Below are positions 1-7,895 of a stretch of DNA of 53,862 nt, in pieces. The stretch is from a bacterium (GTDB lineage: Bacteria; Nitrospirota; Thermodesulfovibrionia; Thermodesulfovibrionales; JdFR-85). Below the pieces are notes generated by a model. It was not told the DNA's origin and made no database searches. It saw nothing but the letters and a program-made list of their open reading frames with translations. A program made the translations under genes and the position numbers. The stretch's first letter is position 1. Every line of letters begins with the position of its first letter. Location of the stretch: positions 1-53,862 of the forward strand of contig BTTF01000001.1 in NCBI GenBank assembly GCA_036244995.1, read 5' to 3'.

Positions 1-116
1 ATCTGGCTTCCTTCTTCGTATAATTCATATTTTGGAAGTTTTAATGACAGTTTGTGAATCTTGATAGCCAGAGCATATGATGTTCTGTAAATTTCCAGGT
101 CCTTATAATTCTTCAT
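1..116 (-). CDS. Four-helix-bundle protein (23S rRNA intervening-sequence protein family), 5' part only; it runs off the window
   Basis: My translation of the minus strand from the ATG at 116-114 gives MKNYKDLEIYRTSYALAIKIHKLSLKLPKYELYEEGSQ. This matches the typical N-terminus of the family (...FPKxExYxLxxQ...). It is absent from the ORF track because it is under 60 aa inside the window. Confidence 0.6.
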   Translation of the reverse strand, partial: MKNYKDLEIYRTSYALAIKIHKLSLKLPKYELYEEGSQ

Positions 117-127
117 TCCTCTTCTCT

Positions 128-285
128 CTTAACCCGCAACGCTTTTTCTTTTCCTAACCCGCAACTCGCAACAGTCCTTTATCCTCTCAACCCGCAACGT
201 CTTTTTCTTTCTTAACTCGCAACTCGCAACAGTCCTTTTCTCAACCCGCAACGTCTTTTCTTTTCCAACCCGCAACAGTTTTTAT
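128..285. repeat. Tandem repeat of about 58 bp, about 2.8 copies, carrying 8 copies of the decamer AAC[CT]CGCAAC
   Basis: Decamers at 131-140, 156-165, 163-172, 189-198, 214-223, 221-230, 243-252 and 267-276. Whole units (cttaacccgcaacgctttttcttttcctaacccgcaactcgcaacagtccttt...) recur head to tail. The plus strand is pyrimidine-rich. Confidence 0.85.
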
Positions 286-933
286 TATCTTAACCCCTGA
301 ACTCGTGCCAATCCTGTCTGCACCGGCCTGAAGAAAGGAGACCACCTGCTCAAGGGTTTTTATCCCGCCTGCCGCCTTTATTGCAGCCCTGCCGGAGACC
401 GCCTCTCTCATAAGTTCAATATCCCTGACTGTTGCACCCCTTGGGCCAAAACCGGTCGAGGTCTTTATAAACTCTGCACCTGCCTCTACTGCCGACTGAG
501 AGGCCTTGCTAATCTCCTCGTCCTGCAGACAGCCTGTCTCAAGGATTATCTTGTGTACAACCTTACTGCTTGCCATCACTATGGACTCTATCTCTCTCTT
601 AAGATCATTCCATCTGCCCATTTTTGCCATGCCTGTGTTCATTACGATATCAAGCTCATCAGCTCCGTGCAGCACCGCCTCTATCGCCTCATAGACCTTC
701 ACTGACGTAAGGACAGCTCCTGTGGGAAAACCGACAACCGTACACACCCTGACAGTGCTCCCCCTGAGAAACTCCCGTGCCTTTGCAACAAACACAGGAC
801 TGATGCAGACAGAACAAAAGCCGTACCTTAACGCCTCTTCACACAACCTGAAAACATCATCCTCCTTTGCATCAGATTTCAGGAGCGTATGGTCTATAAC
901 CCGCGCAATGTCATCCGGCAGATATTTCTTCAT
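241..933 (-). CDS. deoC: Deoxyribose-phosphate aldolase
   Basis: 230 aa. IDHTLLK near the N-terminus, the FIKTSTGF lysine motif and the IKAAGGI motif are typical of short-form DeoC. The last ~12 codons (TVAGWKRKDVAG) are encoded by the tandem repeat. Confidence 0.9.
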   Translation of the reverse strand: MKKYLPDDIARVIDHTLLKSDAKEDDVFRLCEEALRYGFCSVCISPVFVAKAREFLRGSTVRVCTVVGFPTGAVLTSVKVYEAIEAVLHGADELDIVMNTGMAKMGRWNDLKREIESIVMASSKVVHKIILETGCLQDEEISKASQSAVEAGAEFIKTSTGFGPRGATVRDIELMREAVSGRAAIKAAGGIKTLEQVVSFLQAGADRIGTSSGVKIIKTVAGWKRKDVAG

Positions 934-1771
934 TCACATGCTCCTTATAGGCACTTATAAGCCTCTCTGTAATCTTCCCTATGGCATACCTCTTACCCTC
1001 AATCTCCGAGACCGGCATAATCTCTATCAGGGAATTTGTAAGAAAAACCTCTTCTGCTTCGTAAAGTTTTTTGGTTCCAAACAAGCCCTCTTGTACTACA
1101 ATGCCCTTCTCTGCGGCTATCTCAAGCACCACCTGTCTTGTAATACCATCCAATATACCGGCCTCAGGAGACGGAGTATACAGCACGCCTTTAGTGACAA
1201 GGAAGAGATTGCTTACGGCCCCCTCGGTCAGATACCCCCCGTGGTTGAGCATAATAGCCTCAAATAGACCCCTCTCGGATGCCTCAGCCCTTACAAGTAT
1301 ATTATTCAGGAAATTAAGGGATTTTACCTGAGAATCGATCGGGTTTCTGCAATTCATCCTCTCTTCAGATATACAGGCCCTTACGCCGTCCCTGTACATA
1401 ATTTCCGGATGGGGCAGCAAAAACTCTCTTGCAGTAATAACTATGGTGGGACTGTCACAACCCGTAATATCCATGCCCCTGCCTCCCACACCCCTGCTGA
1501 TCGTCAATCTTATACAGGAATCCTTGAGTTTATTGAGTTCCAGCAGTCTGTAGAGCACATGCGTGAGGGCACTGCCGGTCCAGGCCTTCTTTATGCGAAG
1601 CATCTCAAGCCCACTGAAGAGTCTCTGCAGGTGTTGATCGAGCCTGAATATATGCCCCTTATAAACCCTCATGGTCTCAAAAACACCATCTCCATAAAGG
1701 AAACCCCGGTCAAAGACAGACACCCTTGCCTCAGACTCCGGAATATATTCACCATTCATATAAACATACAT
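911..1771 (-). CDS. Class IV aminotransferase (branched-chain / D-amino-acid aminotransferase or PabC-like)
   Basis: 286 aa. FDRGFLYGDGVFET, RLTISRG and EGAVSNLFLV...LDGITR are fold-type IV PLP enzyme motifs. It overlaps the deoC start by 23 nt, so the two are probably co-transcribed. Confidence 0.85.
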   Translation of the reverse strand: MYVYMNGEYIPESEARVSVFDRGFLYGDGVFETMRVYKGHIFRLDQHLQRLFSGLEMLRIKKAWTGSALTHVLYRLLELNKLKDSCIRLTISRGVGGRGMDITGCDSPTIVITAREFLLPHPEIMYRDGVRACISEERMNCRNPIDSQVKSLNFLNNILVRAEASERGLFEAIMLNHGGYLTEGAVSNLFLVTKGVLYTPSPEAGILDGITRQVVLEIAAEKGIVVQEGLFGTKKLYEAEEVFLTNSLIEIMPVSEIEGKRYAIGKITERLISAYKEHVNEEISAG

Positions 1772-2082
1772 AACTCATGTATATTATCAAAACCCGGATA
1801 TTTTGGTAAAAACAGGGCATAAGATGAACCTCCGGAACTGCCGATAAAAACCTGTCAACTTTTGGAAAGGGATACGGATACAGAGTTTGAACGGATTTAA
1901 TTATCACTTTTGTCTCACCCGGATGGTGAGTCGTGATAATTTCCTCGGAGCCCCGGCTGGACGCCGGGACGAGAATGAGTGAAAACCCTGTGTCCGTGTC
2001 CCTTTCTATAACGCTATCGCTATTTCGGGAAACTCTCCTGATTGGCTTTTTCACGAGAATTTATATTAAATTAAAGGCTTCT

Positions 2083-3102
2083 ATGAACTGGAGACTGACA
2101 GAAAAGGTAAAGGCAGCGGGCTGAGCCGGGAAACTGGGTCCGGGAGACCTGGAAGAGATAATCTCAGGCCTTACACCACCAGAGGATGAGCGGGTCATCA
2201 TACCTCCCGGTGACGACGCAGGGATTTTTATGCTCAAAAAAGGGCTTGCCCTCGTTGAAACCGTGGACGTTATAACCCCCCTTGTCAACGACCCCTATAC
2301 TTTCGGGGCCATAAGCTCGGCAAATTCCCTGAGCGATGTCTATGCCATGGGAGGAACACCTCATACAGCCCTTGCCATAGCGGGCTTCCCTTCCTGCGAC
2401 TACGGCCCTGAGGTGCTGAAACAGGTTCTGAAGGGTGCCGAGAACGTCCTTGACAGGGCAGGAGTGCAGCTCATGGGAGGACACTGCTTTGAGGACACTG
2501 AGCTGAAGTTTGGTCTCTCGGTTACCGGAACAGTGAATCCTGACAGGATACTCAGAAAGGATGGAGCCAGGGAAGGCAACATCCTCATAATAACCAAACC
2601 CCTTGGCACCGGTGTGCTCACAACGGCTTTAAAGGGCGGCAAGCTAAAAGATATTGATATGGAAGAGGCCGTCAGATGGATGTTGACACTTAATAACCGT
2701 GCATCAGAGCTCGCTCTACAGGCAGGAGCCCATGCATGCACTGACGTTACAGGATTCGGCCTGTTGGGGCATGCCTTTAATATGGTAAGGGATACTGATA
2801 CGGATTTTATTTTCAGGCTGCAGGATATCCCTGTTATGCACAGGGTGCAGGAGATGATCGACAGGGGCATGGTTGCTGAAGGTGCATACAACAACATGAA
2901 ATATCCGAGAAACAGGATAGAGTTTCAGGACAATATTACTGAAGAAGAAATGCTGTTACTGTTTGATCCACAGACCTCCGGGGGACTGCTTCTGTCATTG
3001 GGGGAGGACGGACTCCGGGTCTTCAGGGAAGCAGGTATGTTTGCAAGGGCAATCGGTCACGTGGTTAAGGGGAGTGGAAAGATAAAGGTCAAAAAAGGAT
3101 AA
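2083..3102 (+). CDS. selD: Selenide, water dikinase SelD with an in-frame UGA (selenocysteine) at codon 14
   Basis: The ATG at 2083 and the tracked ORF at 2230-3102 are in the same frame, interrupted only by TGA at 2122-2124. The read-through N-terminus MNWRLTEKVKAAG-U-AGKLGPGDLEEIISGL reproduces the SelD glycine-rich G(C/U)xxK active-site loop. The rest (DDAGIF, VDVITPLVNDPYTFG, SDVYAMGG, TDVTGFGLLGH) is canonical SelD/AIR-synthase fold. Confidence 0.85.
2121..2167 (+). promoter_or_regulatory. Candidate bacterial SECIS hairpin immediately 3' of the selD UGA
   Basis: A 7-bp stem (CTGGGTC 2134-2140 with GACCTGG 2146-2152, two G-U pairs) closes a CGGGA loop placed 17-21 nt after the UGA. An outer stem pairs CTGAG 2121-2125 with CTCAG 2163-2167 and includes the UGA. 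Confidence 0.45.
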
Positions 3103-4026
3103 CTACGATTCGTGAGACAGCAGTTTGTCGTAGGGATAACTCTTCAGATACTCCAGGAATTCGTCTACTGCATGAGAGAAGACCGAATATTTTTGTGAAA
3201 CAAGTGAAAAATCCCTCATCATCTTTTCTTCCTTGAAACTAAGCATCTTCAGAGTGCCGAACTTCGCCTCTTTCAGGGCAGCCCACCTTGAAACAATGGA
3301 GATACCCATGCCGTTTTCAACTGTATGCTTGATGGCCTCTGTGCCACCGAGAATCATGAATATCTTCATATTCTGAGTAGTTATCCCGTGCTTGGTAAAA
3401 TACTTCTCTATAACCTGTCTGGTACCGGAACCCTCTTCCCTGAATATAAAGGGCTCCTTTGTTATATCAAGAAAGGATATATCTGCCTTCTTTGACCATG
3501 TATGTTGAGGGGGCACGATAAGACAGAGTTCATCCATTATGAGTCGTTCCACTGCTATCTTCTGTTTTGTAACATCTCCCTCAACAAGTCCCAAGTCTAT
3601 ATTTCCTGACTTGAGGAGCTCAATAACCCTCTTTGTATTGCCGATTTGCAGATGAATTTTTATCTTTGGACGGGTCTTTCTGAAATCCGCTATGACCTTT
3701 GGCAGCAGATAATTCCCTATTGTGGTACTTGCCCCCAGTGCAATGCTCCCCTTAACAAGACCTGTCAAATCCCCAACCTCTTTCTCCGCTGAGGCATAAA
3801 GTCCCAGGATATGTTTTGCATACTTATACAGGACCTCTCCCGCAGGGGTAAGGGTAACGGCGTTGCTCGATCGGTCAAAGAGTTTGGTCTCGTAAAGCTC
3901 TTCAAGTGCCTGTATCTGGAGGCTTACAGCAGGCTGGGTGAGGTGGATAATCTCCGATGCCTTTGAAAAACTTTTTGTCTCTGCTACTGTGCAGAACACC
4001 CGTAGCTTATGGTCGTCCATTGCCAT
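3103..4026 (-). CDS. LysR-family transcriptional regulator
   Basis: HTH region LRVFCTVAETKSFSKASEIIHLTQPAVSLQIQALEE followed by a LysR substrate-binding domain. The likely start is MAMDDHKL (4026) rather than the ORF-track start at 4074. Confidence 0.85.
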   Translation of the reverse strand: MAMDDHKLRVFCTVAETKSFSKASEIIHLTQPAVSLQIQALEELYETKLFDRSSNAVTLTPAGEVLYKYAKHILGLYASAEKEVGDLTGLVKGSIALGASTTIGNYLLPKVIADFRKTRPKIKIHLQIGNTKRVIELLKSGNIDLGLVEGDVTKQKIAVERLIMDELCLIVPPQHTWSKKADISFLDITKEPFIFREEGSGTRQVIEKYFTKHGITTQNMKIFMILGGTEAIKHTVENGMGISIVSRWAALKEAKFGTLKMLSFKEEKMMRDFSLVSQKYSVFSHAVDEFLEYLKSYPYDKLLSHES

Positions 4027-4129
4027 ACTTATAAAGTATAACACAAATACAATTAATAAGTTAATAAGAAACAATAATCGTAAAACAGTGATTACGAGAT
4101 GAAAAGGACGGGGTCTTTACATAAAGGAT

Positions 4130-4174
4130 AGAAAACCGGTCTACTTTGCACAGCACACTGCAAGTTAGACCGGT
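4130..4174 (-). terminator. Rho-independent terminator downstream of the lipoprotein operon
   Basis: A 9-bp perfect stem (ACCGGTCTA 4135-4143 with TAGACCGGT 4166-4174) has further internal pairing and is followed on the minus strand by TTTTC. Confidence 0.6.
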
Positions 4175-4209
4175 CTCCTTCAATGTCAACAAAAAATCAC
4201 TGCAATCAA

Positions 4210-5388
4210 CTACTCCTCAAAGTCAATCTTGTAAGCAACATTCACGGTGCTGCCTGAAGAGTCAAGTGCATGGTAGTACTCAACCTCTATATTGCCGGAA
4301 GTCACAGGAATCTGGTCTGCACAGATAATCCGGTCTGTCCCTCCTGTTTCATACTCAATCCTCGTCTCCTGAGTAATGAGAACGGTCACACCTGAAACCG
4401 TTAAGGAATAGGCATCTGAATCAAAGGTGTACGCCGCAGCCTCCAGATCAGGCTGCACCGTCAGGCCGGTGAACTCGGTCACACTCCTGTCGGGCAGATC
4501 ACAGACCGCTGCAGCGATATCATCGTCACCGTCGACCTCAACCTTCGTGGCTACAAACCCGGTGCCATTCCAGGTTCCGTCAACCTCAACCTTCATCCCG
4601 ACCTGCAGATCAGAGATACCCGAAATCCCGCATATTGTCCTCTCGTCATCGTCATCACAGGTGAATCGAACAGTATCCCCGGCAGACACGGTAATGATAT
4701 TACTGTCGGGAATAAAGCCCTCTGCCTTTAACACGGTCAGGTCAAACCCTCCGGTGGTAAAGGACTGGATAATCCCCTTAAGCTCATAGTCGTCTTCCTT
4801 AATCTCCTGGTAGTTCTCATATTCAGAACCATCGGCATCGAGCACCACCTTTGCAGTCACGGTATTTGTGAGATCATCATACACAAACTGCTTGAGGTCG
4901 AAGTCAAGCACTACCCGCTCCGTACTCACCACATTGGAGGCCCCTGGTATGTCAATAACACATGTACCGTCATTACTGCAGGAGGTCCATGCATTCTCAC
5001 CGAAAACGGGATTGGGTGAAACCTTCACCCCTGCATTGTCAACAAGTATCAACTCCTTTCCAACGGTGATAAGTACATCGCTGTAGCTGCCCTCAGGCAG
5101 TGTTCCGAGCTTGTCGAGCACACCGCTCAATTCGCTCAGATCATAGGTGAGTCCCCGGGAATCCTCAAAGACCGTTACAGCCGAGCTATCCACGGCATTC
5201 ACAAACTCCACCTTGTAGATGGTCACGATAACCTGGTCGTAAGCATCCGTAACATCATCGGTAATGTAGACACTGGCTGTACGCGTGGTGGTCTCACCGC
5301 CGCCGCATGAGTAGAGCAGACCGGCAAAGGCCAACAAAAACGTTACAAGAACAACCTCCCTGAACCTTGATACCATTAAACGTTTCAT
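4210..5388 (-). CDS. Lipoprotein with a DUF4382-like N-domain and DUF5666-like C-terminal repeats
   Basis: Signal peptide plus lipobox (LLYSC). SVYITDDVTDAYDQVIVTIYKVEF...LTYDLSEL...LPEGSYSDVLITVG resembles DUF4382. VGMKVEVDGTWNGTGFVATKVEV resembles a DUF5666 repeat. Family names are from memory. Confidence 0.65.
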   Translation of the reverse strand: MKRLMVSRFREVVLVTFLLAFAGLLYSCGGGETTTRTASVYITDDVTDAYDQVIVTIYKVEFVNAVDSSAVTVFEDSRGLTYDLSELSGVLDKLGTLPEGSYSDVLITVGKELILVDNAGVKVSPNPVFGENAWTSCSNDGTCVIDIPGASNVVSTERVVLDFDLKQFVYDDLTNTVTAKVVLDADGSEYENYQEIKEDDYELKGIIQSFTTGGFDLTVLKAEGFIPDSNIITVSAGDTVRFTCDDDDERTICGISGISDLQVGMKVEVDGTWNGTGFVATKVEVDGDDDIAAAVCDLPDRSVTEFTGLTVQPDLEAAAYTFDSDAYSLTVSGVTVLITQETRIEYETGGTDRIICADQIPVTSGNIEVEYYHALDSSGSTVNVAYKIDFEE

Positions 5389-5442
5389 CTTTCTGCCTCC
5401 TTTCGATTTAGTTAGATCTTTCTTTGCAGCAACCCGACAAAG

Positions 5443-6885
5443 TCAGTTAATCCTCTCTATCTCAACCTCATCGGCAACAAAGACGCTGCCCTGATAGACC
5501 CCGCTTACCTCAACGATATCGCCGGGGTCCTTCGTCTCATTTATCGCATTAAGGAAATCGTTTGCGGTGGTTATTACATTGCCGTTCTCGTCCTCAAAAG
5601 TGACACCCTGACCGCTGACGTTAACATCCACACCGAGTATCGAAAAAGACGCTGTGGTGGATACCACCGAACCGGCATCGACCGGCCCGCTCAGACTGTT
5701 CTCAGTCTCTGAAGGGTTCAGCCTCACCACCTTTACCGCAACGACCCGACCGCCGTCGTCAACAAAACCTCCGACTTCGATGAGGTCGCCAACCTGGAGA
5801 TTATCAAGGGAAAAATTCCTCAACTGCAGGTCTGATTCATCATTAAAGATGGTACTGCTGTTGACGGTAATCTTGATACCGAAGACGGTGACCGCAGAGC
5901 TTTGAATATCCACATTCTCCACGGTCCCTTCAATCCCGACCTCTGTATTCTCATGGGAGAGGAACTCGACCTTCTCCGCCAGCAGCACACCGGCAGCGTT
6001 AACCGTCCCTTCCACTTCCAGCAGGACATTTACGGCCACATCACCCTGAAGGCCGTTTTCATATACTGTCTGGTCGTCCGTATAGACCCGCAGGCCGTTA
6101 ACCTCGAAATCATTCGCGGAGGTGACAGTTGTCACGATCCCCTCAATACCCATCTCATTACCTGGGAGCGCAGCTTCAACAGGGTCCTCCACTTCGATAT
6201 ACGACGCAACAAGCGTACCTGCTGACAGGGAACCCTTGACTTCCACAAAGTCACCGTTCTGGAACTGTGGCTGATCAGTAACGCCACTGTAGTCAATGGA
6301 CAATCCGTTTATCACAAATACACGCGAGACGGCATCAAAGGCCGAGACCACACCCTTGACCTCCTCACCTGAAGTCAGGGCCTTCAGTTCTATAAAAACA
6401 GCCCTTATATTGCCGGCAGCGTCAAAGAATCCGCTAACAACCACGGTATCTCCTGCAACAAGGTCAAGTAGGTTGCCGACCCCCTTGAATATCGTAGTTC
6501 CCTGGATCAGCACAGTCTGTCCCATAACAACAATCTGATCATTCACCGTATCGATAGACTGAACCGGCCCTATCACCTCTGGATCAAATGTGATGCTCAG
6601 GGCATTGGTCCCGCTCGCCTCGACTCTCACCTTCATACCCACATCAAGGTCGGCCTCCGTAACACCGGTATCATTGGCGGTTATTGCAGCCCCGGTGGTG
6701 CTGAACTCCACCCCGTTGACAAAGACACTGCCAAATCCCGTGATAACACCATTGTAAACCCCTGTCCCACTGATTCCACCTCCGGCAAGGTCTCCACCAC
6801 CACCGCTGCACGAACCCAGCAGTCCCAGCGCCAGCAGAACAACCACCAAACTCTTCCAACCCGATTTCAATCCAACGTTTAACAT
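5443..6885 (-). CDS. Lipoprotein built from about 5-6 DUF5666-like repeats
   Basis: Lipobox LLGSC. The pattern ...ITGFGSVFVNGVEF...VGMKVRVEASG... recurs about every 70 aa. I chose the ATG at 6885 (GGAGGG lies 9 nt upstream) over the TTG at 6915 used in the ORF track. Confidence 0.7.
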   Translation of the reverse strand: MLNVGLKSGWKSLVVVLLALGLLGSCSGGGGDLAGGGISGTGVYNGVITGFGSVFVNGVEFSTTGAAITANDTGVTEADLDVGMKVRVEASGTNALSITFDPEVIGPVQSIDTVNDQIVVMGQTVLIQGTTIFKGVGNLLDLVAGDTVVVSGFFDAAGNIRAVFIELKALTSGEEVKGVVSAFDAVSRVFVINGLSIDYSGVTDQPQFQNGDFVEVKGSLSAGTLVASYIEVEDPVEAALPGNEMGIEGIVTTVTSANDFEVNGLRVYTDDQTVYENGLQGDVAVNVLLEVEGTVNAAGVLLAEKVEFLSHENTEVGIEGTVENVDIQSSAVTVFGIKITVNSSTIFNDESDLQLRNFSLDNLQVGDLIEVGGFVDDGGRVVAVKVVRLNPSETENSLSGPVDAGSVVSTTASFSILGVDVNVSGQGVTFEDENGNVITTANDFLNAINETKDPGDIVEVSGVYQGSVFVADEVEIERIN

Positions 6886-6904
6886 GCTGAAAAACCCTCC
6901 ATTT

Positions 6905-7705
6905 TTATTCTTCAAAATAAAATACGCCTAACCCTAACTTTTTTCGTCCTGTACCCTGAACAGATGGCTCCATATCCCTGTCATACTGTGAGATAACCCT
7001 GTCCATTGACTCGACAAACTCAGCCGCCATATCTGAAATACGGCCTCTGACCTCAAGGTATACCTCAACGGGAATATTGTCATATGAGACCTTTCTCTGA
7101 AAAAAGGCATCTGAGGGATTACTTGCAATATTGTGATGTATAGTGGAGATGAGCTCGCTGACATCCCTGCCCATAATGCCGAACTTTTCCACTTCTCCCT
7201 TTTTCACTATATAACCCCTGTTCAATAATCTCACCTGCCTGTCGTTCATCTCCACAATTCCGGCCCTGAGCATTTCATCAAGGATTGCCCTTGGGGGGAC
7301 ATCCCCACTGTAAGCCCTGACAAGGAGAGAAAAGCTTTTTTCATCGTCTTCAAAAGGAAGCCGGGCCGGCTTCCCCGCGCCGTCAAGAAAACGGGGATCC
7401 TTAATCCATCCGCTTATCACCCTGGCTGCCCGGTTGTAACGTTCCGCAGCCCCCAGGTCATAAGGCGCCTCAATCTCTTTCATCCTCTTAACTTCCTTGC
7501 GGGAGAGGCCGGTAATGGTGGAGATACGTGATATGGTCTGTTTTCTGCCAGGCACACCAAAGTCTTCCGAGGCAACGTCGACATAAACCCACTTGGCGAT
7601 ATCAGCAAAAGTACCATATGGAATATTGTTTTTTAAAAGAACACGCATGAGTGGCCTCAGTAATTTTATCAGTGTTGAGGCTATTATCCGCTTTACGTTG
7701 TCCAT
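6905..7705 (-). CDS. Hypothetical protein with an HTH-like segment (possibly DUF6502 family)
   Basis: GRKQTISRISTITGLSRKEVKRMKE looks like a helix-turn-helix. I recognise no enzymatic motif. I moved the start to the ATG at 7705 (MDNVKRII) because the ORF-track TTG at 7741 is the -35 hexamer of a consensus promoter. Confidence 0.6.
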   Translation of the reverse strand: MDNVKRIIASTLIKLLRPLMRVLLKNNIPYGTFADIAKWVYVDVASEDFGVPGRKQTISRISTITGLSRKEVKRMKEIEAPYDLGAAERYNRAARVISGWIKDPRFLDGAGKPARLPFEDDEKSFSLLVRAYSGDVPPRAILDEMLRAGIVEMNDRQVRLLNRGYIVKKGEVEKFGIMGRDVSELISTIHHNIASNPSDAFFQRKVSYDNIPVEVYLEVRGRISDMAAEFVESMDRVISQYDRDMEPSVQGTGRKKLGLGVFYFEE

Positions 7706-7712
7706 ATTTGGT

Positions 7713-7741
7713 ATTATATTCCCAAATTTCAGGTTTGTCAA
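7713..7741 (-). promoter_or_regulatory. Perfect-consensus sigma-70 promoter (TTGACA-N17-TATAAT)
   Basis: On the minus strand, TTGACA is at 7741-7736, the spacer is 17 nt, and TATAAT is at 7718-7713. Then ACCAAAT precedes the ATG at 7705-7703, which implies a leaderless or near-leaderless mRNA. Confidence 0.65.
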
Positions 7742-7895
7742 GCAAAAGAAGATTAAATTTTTTTAAGAAAGTGCTCCTTGGGTGTCTTTTTGGTTGAATA
7801 CGCGGGTTTGTTGTTTTAGCAGATAACCGGTAAATCCATAGCGGATATAGCAGTTTGTTATTTTATTTGGTGCCTGCCTGGTGCATTTTGGAGAT

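Noticed and set aside
128-285. Possible CRISPR array because of the regularly recurring short repeats
   Set aside because: The repeated word is only 10 nt. The gaps are 3-19 nt and are themselves repeated as part of a 58-bp tandem unit. There are no unique spacers and no cas genes. This is a tandem repeat, not a CRISPR array.
1749-2054. 101-aa minus-strand ORF in the aminotransferase/selD intergenic region
   Set aside because: It overlaps the aminotransferase start, has no RBS and no recognisable family, and its composition looks non-coding. I treated it as spurious.
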